Shown here: piece by piece, positions 25,101 through 39,036 of the stretch | Layout of the letters: each line of letters begins with the position of its first letter | Position numbering within the stretch: position 1 is the stretch's first letter | NCBI RefSeq assembly: GCF_006345805.1 | Contig: NC_042998.1 | Span: 15,376,001 to 15,440,000 of the forward strand | Source: Octopus sinensis | Lineage: Eukaryota | Direction: 5' to 3' | Length of the DNA: 64,000 bases | The notes under the pieces: model-generated | Databases searched by the model: none | Told to the model about the DNA's origin: nothing | What the model saw: only the letters and a program-made list of their open reading frames with translations | Position numbers and translations under genes: made by a program

Positions 25101-26943
25101 AATATGTCGTTATAGATTAAGGACAACTGTACGTTAATAATACAATGTCAATAAAGAAAGGTAAATAATATCATTATTATCCTAGGAAATTTTTAGAAAT
25201 ATTACGCTGCAAAGAGTTACCCCCCTTCTCCACAGTACTAGTACTTACCCCAGGAAAGGGTGCTTTCTGGCACCAGATGCCCCATTAAACATTATGTGAA
25301 AAAATTGAAGGTTCCAAAACCATCTCTGGAACACAATTAATGTAAGTTCCCCGTTTGAAGAAAATTAATTGTGAAGTTCAGAAGTTTGGATGACCTTCTT
25401 TTCTTTCATCGCCTATGTTGTGCACAAAGTATTTTTACTTCAATTTCCATTTTACGTTTTACATAAACATTTAAATAATGTAATAAGTGGACTATATCGG
25501 GATGATGGGCTAATTATTACAAAGGGAGATTGACAAAATGTTACATAACCTCATTAAGTAACTTTGAATTATTGAAAATTTAAATCTAACAGTTACTGCA
25601 GTCCAAAATACTGCTAGATATTCACTAGTTATTAACAAATATATTATATAATTACAATACGTAGATAGATCTTCAAATTAACTGATTCCCAAAATATTTA
25701 TGTGAATATATTACAAGGCGGATATTACAAGGCCCTGCGAATAATGTGAACCTCGAATAATGATGCGTTTGTACAAATCGAGGTTAAGTCCAAAATATTC
25801 TTTTATAATTAGTAGCAGTTGGTAGCGGAAAAAAGAACAGAACATTTAAAATGACTAGGATCGATGTCTCATTCGCTTACAATGTGCCTACTGTTAACCA
25901 TTATTTTCCATATTAGGTATTAACTTCATAACGAACCATGTATTTAACATTTTTAATAATTCATAATCTTCCTTTCCCTCGGTGGATAAAAACTTCGTCA
26001 AGAATAATAGATGTAAGGTTTTAACAGAAATATAAACTTTAGCTTCATTTATGCACCCAATGTTTTGACAGAAATAGTAAACACACATGTTAAAACTATC
26101 TATCTTATACTTAACATACTTAACACATCTTTAACAAACTTACGCCAGTAAATTGTCTTTTAAATAAGTTATGACCCAAGGAAGCAGATAACTCAGTTTC
26201 CAAAACTGCAACTATTTTATCTGTATATAGATTGAAAGGATGATCTAGTTAGTATTAGCGTTCATTCAAACGTTAGTATATTTGTTAAAATGTTTTGAAT
26301 TATATAACGACTGAAAACCGAAACATTCGCACAGAATATATCGAACTTTTATGTTGTTAAAGTAAATAAAGAAATGTAGAAAGGAGCGAACGAGAAACAA
26401 ATACAAGCTATACGGATCCCGCTACAAATCGTACAAATACATACATACACACACACTCAGACAGACTCACGTACACGTATATATATATATATACATGTGT
26501 CTGTGTGTTTGTGTGTAACTATGTATACATGAATACATTCTATATTTACATTCTCTTGTTTCAGCTAGAAACGGTGATCATTCACATCCAAGATATTTTC
26601 CCTGCTTCTATTTCTATATAATTTCAATTATTTATTTCCGGCATGTGGATTAGTCTAATATTTAAGATTAATCTAAGATTTTTTTTGAGACATATATTTA
26701 TACTTTGTAGATTGCTCAGAGGTTTTGACAAATAGTGAAAATTTGAAGGTCTTTAGATCATTGGCCTAATTTTAGTATGTAGTTACACCAAGGAGGGAAA
26801 AGCAGACAGTTGGTTCTATACACGGGAATATTTGTTCTAGAGTTTCAGGTGTAAATGGTGCTAATTGAAAGAATATAAAATTATATATATATATATATAA
26901 TATATATATATATATATAAAATATATATATATATATATGTATA

Positions 26944-26977
<34 letters not shown>

Positions 26978-28252
26978 GGTTAGAGTGTGGGTACGTGAAA
27001 GCACGTGGCTGGATGTATAAAAGACAGAAAAGATTGAAAAACTAAAGAAGGCTTGTATTATATGGTTAAAGGTTATATTTAAATCGTTATGTTAGAAAAA
27101 TGTTATATAATTTTGTGCATAATGTTTTGAGAAATAACCGGTTTCGTATTTTCTTTTCAAATTTCTCAAATTCCTTTACCTATATCGTGTCATGTCTTCG
27201 CAATGTTGTGAAATATGGAGTTCAAGGCAGGGGAAGATAATCAGGGATTTTTCCGGTATAAGGGAAACAATAAAAAATGTTGGGAATGAATAGTCTTGAT
27301 TAATTTAACATGATTTGGTTTAGCAGGAATAGAATGTTACAAGTGGTTAGATTTTGCTTTATACATTTTCAATGAAGCGAGTGTCCTTATCTAAAACTGC
27401 TAGAAATAGTTAAGTTTTGGCTTATATTTTTCAATGAAGAAGGTTTCCTTATTTAGTCTTACTTATGTTGGTCTTACTTATGCTGATAGAATGGAAAGAT
27501 TACAAATTGTGGTAGCAGTGGCTTTGCGCATTTCTCAATATGTTCACTAAAGGGTATCATTCTGTATTCTGGGAATGCAATCTGCTGTGGATGTAGAGTG
27601 CATCTGCGTCTGAGCGATAATCTCGTGGACCCTATGTAGTTTACGTGGCAGCCCGAGCATCTTATAACATAAATCAGGTTTTCTGAAGCACAAGTAAAGT
27701 CAGATTTGATTTTGAATCGTTGTCTCTCTTTGAAAAGGAATTCTGATCCTTCTAGAAGTTTTGGGTATGTTGCGCAATTTGGTCTACCACATTTTTTACT
27801 TTTACATCCGTTATTTTAGAAAATGATTTTTCTTTTGTGAAGATCTTTTTTTAGTTATTTCGGTTGTTTGTAGCTTTTAATGATTTTAAGTATGTGTTAA
27901 ATTTCCTTTAATTTGGGGTCCTTGTGTAGCATTGGTAAATTCTGGGTGATGATGGTGAGGGCTTCTTTATTTCTGGGATTGTATGTGGATATGCACTGCA
28001 GTATTTTCGGGAAGGTGTGTTACTGTTTTGAACTTTTCTTAAGGTTTCTATCAGTTGAACTGGATAGTGTCTGCCAATTAGGGTTATTTTGAGTTCTTGC
28101 AGTCTAAAGTTTCTGGTATTTTGTTCTGACATTTTGTGCAAATCCTTCTTGCAAGGTTGAAGGGGATGTTTGTTTTGGTGTGTCTTGAATTAAATAGTAG
28201 ATATTGCTTGGCGTCTGTGGTCTTGTACAATATGTCCGTTTCTATTTTTAGG
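26978..28252 (-). mobile_element. Penelope-like element, 5'-truncated (RT thumb + GIY-YIG endonuclease + pseudo-LTR)
   Basis: Minus frames give KIETDILYKTTDAKQYLLFNSRH..NIPFNLARRIC and FTCASENLIYVIRCSGCHVNYIG (27631-27700), with frameshifts and stops. The 3' end abuts (TA)n. Confidence 0.9.
27126..27170 (-). ncRNA. Minimal hammerhead, U3:A8 core variant
   Basis: TTTGAGAAAT-TTGAAAA-GAAAATAC-GAAA-CCGG-T-T-ATTTCTCAAA. 10-bp stem I; downstream of the PLE ORF. Confidence 0.75.
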
Positions 28253-28581
28253 TTTATTTTCTTTTTACTTTCAATGAATTCACATTTAAAACTAGAAAGA
28301 TTAGTAAAGATTTAAACAATCTGTGCACTAAACTAAAGTCGGTATTCACAAACAAACCGAACAACAACCGACGCACACCAAATGAAACACACCAGGATGT
28401 CATATTCACACAAGTCAATCTAACAAAAAGAAAAATAAAGAACATTTGGAATACAAACCTCCATAATAGAAAACTCGCTTTCTGGAATATGATAAAAAAT
28501 TCCAACAAAGCAGATATCTACAAGGGATGGATGAACTCAACACCAATTGTTCTCCCACGCAAATTCCACATCAAAATAATA

Positions 28582-28640
<59 letters not shown>

Positions 28641-29480
28641 TTTTTATCAAAAGCAAAAAGTAACCGAAATTATTGGAAAAAATATTAACCGGTGCAAGAC
28701 TATATATCTTAACAACAGAACCAAAAGTAGAAGAATGCAGGCAGCATAACTCTGGCACATGCCCCCACTCTTTGGACGGTACAGAGTTTCATTTCAAACA
28801 AGGTGAAATATTTACGATAAAGTCAAATTTCACTTGTGCTTCCGAAGATCTTATCTATTTTTTAACCTTCTTAGGGGCAGAAACCACTATATATAGGTCA
28901 AACACGAATGTCGCTCAGCCAAAAGAATAACGCTTCACAAAGAACAAACTTGCTTACCACCATACTGATAGATACAGGTCAGTCAGCACATAGATGTGCT
29001 AAGAACAATAAACCAAACTTCCTAATTCCAGAACATCTCAGTGCGGAAAAGACTATATAAAGAGGAAACTCAATAATAAATATCAGCTACAGCTTAACAT
29101 GAACACACGACTTAATACAGATCACTACTAACCTTACTAATACCAATAATCCCACAAATCCTCATATATCCCAAATACCATTCGTATTCTATTAATAATT
29201 TAAACCTAATTGTATCTCTTTCAGAACTGCTTATCTCCCTTGCATGCAATTTTTTCACTCAGGTACTATTAGACCAAACACGGTTTGCAAATCGGTGTTG
29301 ATTCAAAGTCAGTGAACAGCGATGACGAAACCGGTATGACATTCTACATTGACTCATGATAATGATTTTTATATTTCTTAATAACACCTCATGACATTTA
29401 TTTGTATGCATATATTTTTGTTTTTATAAAAAAGATATTACTTTTAGACCGAGTTTGGTTCTTTTTACTTTTTCCGTATA
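28253..29480 (+). mobile_element. Second Penelope-like fragment(s), opposite orientation
   Basis: ORF 28673-28930 ...CRQHNSGTCPHSLDGTEFHFKQGEIFTIKSNFTCASEDLIYF is a paralog of the minus-strand GIY-YIG region. 28253-28580 is possibly PLE N-terminal sequence. HHR at 29308. Confidence 0.8.
29308..29340 (+). ncRNA. Minimal hammerhead, G3:C8 core variant
   Basis: GTCA-GTGAACA-GCGATGAC-GAAA-CCGG-T-A-TGAC, downstream of the PLE ORF. Confidence 0.7.
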
Positions 29481-29521
29481 TATATCTATATCTATCTATC
29501 TATCTAACTATCTATCTATCT

Positions 29522-29599
<78 letters not shown>

Positions 29600-29613
<14 letters not shown>

Positions 29614-29648
29614 TATATGCGTGTGTGTGTATTTATATATATACATAT

Positions 29649-29682
<34 letters not shown>

Positions 29683-30488
29683 CATCTACGTATATAAACA
29701 AGTATATATACTTACACACACACATACACACACACACATACACACATATATATATATATACATATATATATGTATATATGTATTTTCGTATGAATCTATT
29801 TATATTTTCCATTATATTTAGTATTATTTAAGTTTAGAGATAGCTACCCCAGCTGACGAACCAATTTGAAAAAAAAATTAAGTACGAAGTCTTTAGTCAT
29901 TGCAATCCCCCAGGATAAGTTTGTAAAATGATGGAGATGTTGATATACGTATGGTTGGTATGATATGTGGAATTGATGAGATACGTGTATAGTTTATTAA
30001 GGAGTTTGTAATAAACTAAAAAGAAAAACAAATGGGTGAGAATTCGTTAAAACTGTCTGCAAAGCAAAACAAATCAAAAAGAGAAAACGATTCAGTCTCT
30101 CTGAAGTATAATACTATAGAATTCGATGACTTAGAAACTGCACCGTTACATGTATACTGCTTCTTCAATTGGCCTTCAGCAAAAGCATGCAAATTGTCTA
30201 TTTCCTGTACATAAATACACACACACACACACTCAGCCATATGCAACACACACGCACAGTGCTGAGCTGGCAGAAATGTTAGCGCACCGGGTGAAATGCT
30301 TAGCGGTATTTCGTCTGACGTTACGTTCTGAGTTCAAATTCCACCGAGGTCGACTTGCCTTTCATTCTCTCGGGGTCGATAATTAAAGTACCAGTTTCGC
30401 GATGGTTAATGTAATCGAATTAATCCCAATGTCTGTCCTTCTTTGTCACCTCTATGTTTAGCCCCTTGTGGCTAGTAAAGAAGTATAT

Positions 30489-30530
<42 letters not shown>

Positions 30531-30620
30531 TATATGCGTGTGTGTGTATTTATATATATACATATCATATATATATATATATATGTATGCATCTATGTAT
30601 ATACACAAATATATATACTT

Positions 30621-30658
<38 letters not shown>

Positions 30659-31371
30659 GTATATATGTATTTTCGTATGAATCTATTTATATTTTCCATT
30701 ATATTTAGTATTATTTAAGTTTAGAGATAGCTACCCCAGCTGACGAACCAATTTGAAAAAAAAATTAAGTACGAAGTCTTTAGTCATTGCAATCCCCCAG
30801 GATAAGTTTGTAAAATGATGGAGATGTTGATATACGTATGGTTGGTATGATATGTGGAATTGATGAGATACGTGTATAGTTTATTAAGGAGTTTGTAATA
30901 AACTAAAAAAAAAACAAATGGGTGAGAATTCGTTAAAACTGTCTGCAAAGCAAAACAAATCAAAGAGAAAACGATTCAGTCTCTCTGAAGTATAATACTA
31001 TAGAATTCGATGACTTAGAAACTGCACCGTTACATGTATACTGCTTCTTCAATTGGCCTTCAGCAAAAGCATGCAAATTGTCTATTTCCTGTACATAAAT
31101 ACACACACACACACACACTCAGCCATATGCACACACACACGCACAGTGCTGAGCTGGCAGAAATGTTAGCGCACCGGGTGAAATGCTTAGCGGTATTTCG
31201 TCTGACGTTACGTTCTGAGTTCAAATTCCACCGAGGTCGACTTTGCCTTTCATTCTCTCGGGGTCGATAATTAAAGTACCAGTTTCGCGATGGGTTAATG
31301 TAATCGAATTAATCCCAATGTCTGTCCTTCTTTGTCACCTCTATGTTTAGCCCCTTGTGGCTAGTAAAGAA

Positions 31372-31375
<4 letters not shown>
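29600..31375. repeat. ~890-bp near-identical tandem duplication, each unit ending in a Meta-type SINE (30258-30483, 31145-31373)
   Basis: GTATTATTTAAGTTTAGAGATAGC at 29821 and 30708. Differences are mostly homopolymer/microsatellite length. Units are bounded by (TA)n. Confidence 0.93.
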
Positions 31376-31431
<56 letters not shown>

Positions 31432-31639
31432 CATAATGTCAGTAGTTATGAGAGGTTAATATGTATTTAACAACGTGGCTTCCACGGGAGCATGACAGAT
31501 ACACTGAAATCATAACTTACTCTACTCAATCTCAAATATATATTTACATATTTAAAAAATATGTGTTTCGAATGGCACAACAATGTACTATAATAATAAC
31601 AATGGACTATAACTGTTATAATTTAACCACCCATAGTCT

Positions 31640-31681
31640 GATATAACATTTCGAAATATAAAAATTCCTTCTTCAGATATC
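31640..31681 (-). ncRNA. Minimal type I hammerhead, canonical core
   Basis: GATAT-CTGAAGA-A-GGAAT-TTTTAT-ATTTC-GAA-ATGT-T-ATATC within an element starting at (TA)n near 31425. Confidence 0.7.
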
Positions 31682-31876
31682 TGTTGGAATTGATCGAGCT
31701 ATAATCGGTTTTCCAACGTTTTTTTTTTTAATTTCCGGAAGCGTCTCCGCAGTGGTCTCATGATGCTCCTTCCACAATTCCCTATCAGACGTGTGTGAGG
31801 GCGGCCATGACTCAAGCTCGTGTATGCTGGCACATTGGAAGCGCTGCTTCTAAGTTATGTATTATACGTGCAGTTT

Positions 31877-31910
<34 letters not shown>

Positions 31911-31961
31911 AAGATACTTCGCTATGAAACGAGCAAGATACTGAAGCAATTATTATTATTA

Positions 31962-32030
<69 letters not shown>

Positions 32031-32386
32031 CATCATTATCATTACACACACATATGTATGCATTTGTTAGACGGAAACAAGAATAAACCAACCTATAGTA
32101 TATCTATCTATCAATCTGTCTGTCTGTCTGTCTGTCTGTATGTATGTATGTATGTATGTATGTATGTATGTATATGCGTCCTTGTGTCAGTATCTGTGGC
32201 ACCTCACCGCCTTACAACAGGCATTGTTTTGTGTATGCAGCTGTAACTAAGCTGTTCGGTAAAAGTGCCGGCTTAAAAACTAGCTACTGGGGTTGATTTA
32301 TTCGACTTAAATTCTTGAAGGCGGTGCTCCAGTATGGCTGCGGTCTAACTATTGAAACTATTAAGCTATACACCCCTCCACTACAA

Positions 32387-32435
<49 letters not shown>

Positions 32436-32996
32436 TATTCCTATGTCGCTGACAGTCGCGTAGCAGAGCTTTCACACGAATTTCAATGCAGAGATCTTGA
32501 AAAAGAATAATAGAACTAACCAATGTGAAGTTACTGATTCTACTTAACTATTGTACAGTACTAAACTTATTGGTCTGGCAAAGTCTTTTGGAATTCTCTA
32601 TATTGATATTTGACACATTCATCATTGATAGTGTACTTAGTAACCACTCCAGTTTCGAACTTAACCTACTTTATTGATTTTCTATTAGGGTTAGCTATGA
32701 GTCCTACCAATCATGTATTTCGTTGCTATTGCTACTTCACGCCTTAATAAGCTTTCTCCACAATCCCCAACTTTTGTCTTATATCTTTAACGGGATATTC
32801 ATTGTTAATGACATTAAACATTTAAATTAACTTTCTATAATTTTAGATATAAGCTCAGTGCAACTATTATTATCTAATTCATGCGATTACTTATATTTTA
32901 TCAGAAAATACGTGAACTTGTCAGGTTTTACCATGTCTATAATGTCAGATTTGTTTTACGTTTAAAGCCATTATCACATTTCTTGAATTTTAATTT

Positions 32997-33155
32997 GAGT
33001 GGCTGTGTGGTAAGTAGCTTGCTTACCAGCCACATGGTTCCGGGTTTAGTCCCACAGCATGGCACCTTGTGTAAGTGTTTTCTACTATGGCCTCGGACCG
33101 ACCAAAGCCTTGTGAGTGGATTTGGTAAACGGAAACTGGAAGAAGCCCCTCGTAC

Positions 33156-33237
<82 letters not shown>

Positions 33238-33455
33238 TGTGTGTATGTTTGTGCCTGTATTTGTCACTCCAGCATCGCTTGACAACCGATGCTGGTGTAT
33301 TTACGTCCCTGTCATCTAGCGTTTCGGCAAAAGAGGCCTATATAATAAGTACTAGGCTTACAAAGAATAAGTCCTGGGGTGGATTTGCTCGACTAAAGGC
33401 GGTGCTCCAGCATGGCCGCGATCAAACGACTGAAACAAGTAATAGAGTAAAAGAG
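32997..33455 (+). mobile_element. Family B SINE, full length
   Basis: GAGTGGCTGTGTGGTAAGTAGCTTGC...GGTTCCGGGTTTAGTCCC (A/B boxes), internal (TA)(TG)n, tail GGCGGTGCTCCAGCATGGCCGC...TGAAACAAGTAATAGAGTAAAAGAG. Confidence 0.92.
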
Positions 33456-33672
33456 TTTCTGCGAATTTCTAAAGTGTAAGTTTCAACATTTATACAGGGT
33501 TAGGCACATTTAGGAACAAGACAGAAAAAATTGCTACCGTTCAAAATCTTCTGAATTATAATTTCACAGATGATTTTCAATTTTTTCACTAATCGTACTG
33601 CGTGGTCCTTCTTGATTGATTTTGATATAGTTTTCTAAATATACGGAGGAATATGTGATTTAACCGCTTAAA

Positions 33673-34063
33673 TCTCTCTATATATAAAGCTGAAGTTGTC
33701 TGTGTATGGCAGGTTTGGTAGCCTTAAACTAACACTATCTCCTCCGAGACCCGGCGGCGCAAGTTGACCACAATTGAGAGTATGATAGAAGAAGGCTTGC
33801 TCTTCCTTCTGTAGATAAAAAAATTCAAATCGGACAATGTTAACATCAAAACTTAGTTACATCAAAAAGGTGCTTTTTTTCTATGAAAGTCCCTGTTTTT
33901 TACGACTTTTTGACTGCTGTGTCGCCATTTTTCGGTGAATTTCAACCAGAAAAAATTCACTTAAAGAGAATAACAAGCTACATAATGAGAACGTTTTACT
34001 TTTCAAAAATTCTAATTCTAAAGAGTCGAAACAAACCCGAGCAACGCCGGGCGATACTGCTAG
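33673..34063 (+). mobile_element. Non-autonomous Helitron
   Basis: 5' TC(TCTCTATATATAAAG), 3' hairpin CCCGAGCAACGCCGGG followed by CTAG; inserted between A and T, no TSD. Confidence 0.8.
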
Positions 34064-35724
34064 TTACTTATATTTTTAACTAGAGAACACTGAACTATAG
34101 ATGAAAGAGCATAATATTTTATATGTTATTATAATATGTTTTACACGTAGTATTACCAACAGACAGATGATATCGCCAATGGTATAATTATACTCAATAG
34201 GTGTTGTGAATTAAATAATTATTGTTAGCCTCAATAGCTAAATTTTACATCAGTTGCCTTACTTTTCTTCATGCCAAGTAAAACGCAATGATAATCCATG
34301 TACGTCAATAGAATAAGATTTAGTTAGTTACGTATAACCTGATAGACTCACTAATTCTAAACAATAACAGAAGCTGAAAGATTTATAGCATAACGGATGT
34401 TTACAATATTCTCTTCCAGTCTGTCGCATTAATTATTTTGCTTCGTAGAATTCCCTGACATAATATTCTCCTGATTTTACTTGATATTTATGATTTTCTT
34501 TGCCCCTGTCTATTGCTTGCTATATATTGTTATATATTAAATCACCGAGTTATATATATAAATATATTGTTGTATTGTTCACCGGCCTTCTGTCGGCCGA
34601 AGTTGCGAAGATTATTCTGAAGTTTACTATACGTCACACTTGCCTTTAAATGTCGGTGAAGCAGCGTTAATGCTTCTGCTCGACACTGTTTATTTATTTA
34701 TTTTTTAGCTTTTTTTTTTCTTTTGACGAAGGGAGTGTGCCGATCTCTCTCACGGAGCATTCGACACTTGAAAAATATGTACGTTTAATATACTCTTTTT
34801 GTAGCTGCAATCAAATAGCAGTAGGGAAAATGGAAATTCTATAAAGGCTTTGCTCCGGAAAGGAAGGCTCAAATACTAACTCTATGGAACACGCTACGAG
34901 AGGTAGAAAATACAGTAGGAAAAAAGCATCACCTCTGTATCAATAAGTTCGTATCAATAAGTTGGGGGCCCTTTTTTGAGAATAGTACCTCTGTTGGTTG
35001 CCTGTCCAGCAGCAAAAATATGCGATGTGACAGCACCATACTACTGTCTCTGAGATCCGATCGCAGTAGAAATTCAAGAATGGTAAACTATTTCGTTTCT
35101 GCAGTATATCAAAACCAGTTTGCGCGACGCAAGCATTCTGAGCGTTACTTTGTGCAGTCAGTAATAGAGAATGTAACTGACGATGATGAATAATATTTGT
35201 AACAAATTCGGTGATTGTATTTGCTATGGATGGGTTGTGTGGCTCTATCTATATAATTTTAGTTATTATACATATGTTCTGTTGAAGAAGAGACAAGTGG
35301 CATCAGAACTTTGGAGGCTGTATTCTCTTTTGATAAAACGTTTGTAACTCAGCAGGAGATACTTACATTAAACACAGATATTCCTGGATGTAATCAGTAG
35401 TAAGGAGTGAGGTGTAATCCCATCTATGCAACTGTGAACTCCATTGGATATTGCAGCATCACAGAAGTAGATTGTTGACGTTCAGAATAATACGCCAGTC
35501 AAAAGGGCAACATGTCCTATGCAAAATGCATATTTGTTCAGCTCATTCTTCCTGTAAGAGTGTATGGTTCAGAGAGAGCTCAGTATCAAGATTGTGCAGT
35601 GATTTGGCAGAAAGTGAGTGATCCAGGAAATATAGATTTCATAGGCCAACAGTTCTGCCAAAAGAAAATTTGCGTGCCAGTCACTGTCAAAGCTAAGAAG
35701 ATCTAAGAAGATTGATTATATCAC

Positions 35725-36051
35725 ATATATACATACATACATACATACATACATACATACATACATACATACATACATACACACATACATACATGCATGC
35801 ATGCATACATACATACACATATACATACATGCATGCATACATACATACACACATACACACATACATACATGCATGCATTCATACATGCATACATACATAC
35901 ATATATACATACATACATACATACATAGACACACATATATACATACCAACAGACATGCACGCATGCATTTATACATACAAACAGGCATATGTGTGTGTCT
36001 ATCTGTGTTAACGTTTACAAGATTGTGTGTGCTTGTATGTGTGCATAACAG

Positions 36052-36124
<73 letters not shown>

Positions 36125-36170
36125 TTACGTGTGTATGAACGTGTGTATGTGTGTGTGTGTGTGTATATAT
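35725..36170. repeat. (TACA)n/(TA)n/(TG)n microsatellite block
   Basis: Direct reading of the sequence. Confidence 0.95.
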
Positions 36171-36378
36171 ATCCCTAAAACATATGTATGGCGAACAAGA
36201 GAAAATGTCGCAACACATGGTGTAGATACGAATTATTCTCCCACAATTGAAAAGTTAATGAATAATCTCTCCCTCAGTTAGCCATGTTGGCGTATAATTG
36301 CAGACATCATGCTATCGTGCGTGACGTCGGGAATGAAACGGAGTCGCGTTTTAAAGACGACAAATCTCAACAACAGAC

Positions 36379-36465
<87 letters not shown>

Positions 36466-36623
36466 GGGGTAAAGTAAGAATAAAAACAAGCGGAAATGCA
36501 CATTCGAAATCAAAAAAGTAAAGGCTTATTATTTAAAGGAACGATAGATATATACAATTAGATGAACTGAGGTAGGAATAAAAGTAATAAAAGGCATTAT
36601 TGCGAATTGTTTAAGAGATTTAG

Positions 36624-36659
36624 AAGCATACCGATTTCGTAAATTACTAATCATTGCTT
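36624..36659 (-). ncRNA. Minimal hammerhead, A3:U8 core variant
   Basis: AAGCA-ATGATTA-GTAA-T-TTAC-GAAA-TCGG-T-A-TGCTT in a (TA)n-flanked insert at ~36463-36770. Confidence 0.65.
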
Positions 36660-36991
36660 TGAATGCACACCGTTTAATGAACGGTGTCAGTTCTACTAGT
36701 CCCCGAGTAAAGAGATTATGTGTAAGGGAGGTAACTAGTTCTGGATCTGGTGACATGTACAAGTACATATAAATATATATGCATATACGTGTGTTTGTGT
36801 ATATATATATATATATACATTCATACATACATACGTGCATACATACACGCACACGCATATATAAGTTGGACAGCTAATCCCTACGCACTTTTGTACTCTC
36901 TCCATCTTTTAGTTGTCCCTCACACTCCTTGTATAATGAGTCATATACATACATATTGTATAATGCATAATATATATATATAATATATATA

Positions 36992-37071
<80 letters not shown>

Positions 37072-37134
37072 CATACATCATATGTAACTGTCTACCTATC
37101 TATCACCTATCTATCTATCTATCTATTATATATA

Positions 37135-37535
37135 TAATAATAAGAGTAAACAATTTCTATAATGGTTTTTAAAAAAGGATCACAATTATTTACTGGTAGT
37201 TTCGGTATGTAAATATAGACGATTAACGGTAGGAACTTCTGTAAAGTTCAGTATATATACTGTATATATGAAAAAGGGACAGGCAACAGGTTGCTTGGCC
37301 GCATACCGAAAAAGTAGAAATAGCAGTCAAGAATGCTTAATTCTATTTTTCACAAGTGGGGCTCCACACACGACAAACCCTGCAATTCACATATGCAAAT
37401 TGCATATGTGAATTGCAGGGTTTGTCGTGTGTGGAGCCCCACTTGTGGAAAATAGAAATAAGCATTCTTGACTGCTATTTCTACTTCTTCGGTATGCGGC
37501 CAAGCAGCTGTTGCCCGTCCCTTTTTCTTATATCT
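37135..37535 (-). mobile_element. Truncated relative of the 16.7-17.9 kb element with a near-perfect ~130-bp fold-back
   Basis: Shares CAATTATTTAC.GGTA..TTTCGGTATGTAAATA...CATACCGAA..TAGAAAT.GCAGTCAA with 17195-17340. Palindrome centred at 37399. Confidence 0.85.
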
Positions 37536-37544
37536 ATCATATAT

Positions 37545-37608
<64 letters not shown>

Positions 37609-39036
37609 CATTCATTGAGCCACGAACACACTGACACACACACACAGACATATATACACATTTGTAGAGGCATTATATATGTGCGTGTTTGTATGTGTGT
37701 GTGTATACACATTCATAAATACATATATACACACACTCTAAAGCAGATGCTCAGTGTCACACGCAAACCCACATACAGTATTTTGATATTTTATAATTAT
37801 TATATAGATATGAAACCAATAGCAGATATCAGTTTTACACTATACCATATTTGCATATTTTATTTTTATCTTTGAATTTATTATTCACCATATGTAGCTT
37901 ATCACTACCTCTTTCCGTCGGCATTTTTTCTCTATATAACATATTAAGTCTTTAGATATAAATTTGTATTTAAAAAGTAACTTTTCTTGCCAATAACATT
38001 TGAAATGAGACAGGAAATAAAATATAAGTTATAACATACATAAACTTAATATAAACCAAAGCAATTTTATTGGAGTATCAAGTTTCTGTACTAAATTGCT
38101 TTATATATTTCTTCTAATAAACCGTTTTAATGAGAGCGATATTATATACAGCGATCGTATTATACGTGTGTGTTGTGTGTTTGTATTTGTGCGTGTGTGT
38201 ATGAATATATGTATATGTATAATATAACCTACGTACGCATAAGTACATATGTATCAGATTATATATATTTTATCTTGTAAGAATTTACTTAACTTAATAC
38301 GAATATGTTATATGCTGCAGTATTAATTCAATATTTATAATAGGACCGTTAAATGTTTGAGAGTATTTTGCGAATAAGAAATACGCTGTAAAGTTTCTGG
38401 TACGGAGAACAGTATATTTCCCACTTGGTCAGTTCGCAAGTTATTGAGAATCAGAAGACGGGAAAATACAGGAGAAATTAACTTCTGCATTTTGAGCTAT
38501 TTTGAGTCTGAAAATTGTGTAATCAAAATTATCTGCTGCAAACTTTTGAACAGTGGTTATCTGTTGCTTTTGATATATAGACTCCTTCGATTTTTATTGT
38601 ACTCAGATAGATCCCCATTTTTGTCCGTATGTTTAAAAACCCTATTATTTGTTTTTATAGTTTAATATTAGGAATTGCATAAATTTTTTGAAAAAAATTA
38701 TTGTGTATGTAGAAGTATAACCATTTATTGAAAATAGGTTTTTACAACAAAGTCATTGCTGCCCCATATTGCAACCCTGTTGATAATCACTGTTTTTGAT
38801 CATTATTCTTCTCATAGCAAAGAAAATGATTTCGGGAACAGAAAATTCATTCTTTAAAAACCGTAAACCAAAGAGTAAACGGTATTGTGTATTTGCTTTA
38901 TGTAGGTAATTGCTAAAAATTCATAGCACTTTTAAATATTACTCTATAACTGGAAGTAACAGGAAAAATTCAAGGCTTGTATAAGGAGAAAAAATTCGGT
39001 ACGCTTATTTTTTCATAGATATAGATACACTTATTA

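Noticed and set aside
26305-26335. CTGAAAACCGAAACATTCG hammerhead-like string
   Set aside because: C3.A8 mismatch, no stem II, and poor stems I and III.
29845-29900. CTGACGA...CGAAG possible hammerhead (also the duplicate near 30740)
   Set aside because: No GAAA with stem III/NUH and no convincing stem I.
34950-35710. Coding-like composition, possible LTR-element relic
   Set aside because: Multiple stops and no identifiable motif.
38410-38792. Possible hAT MITE (CAGT...CACTG ends)
   Set aside because: The TIRs are poorly matched and no 8-bp TSD was found.
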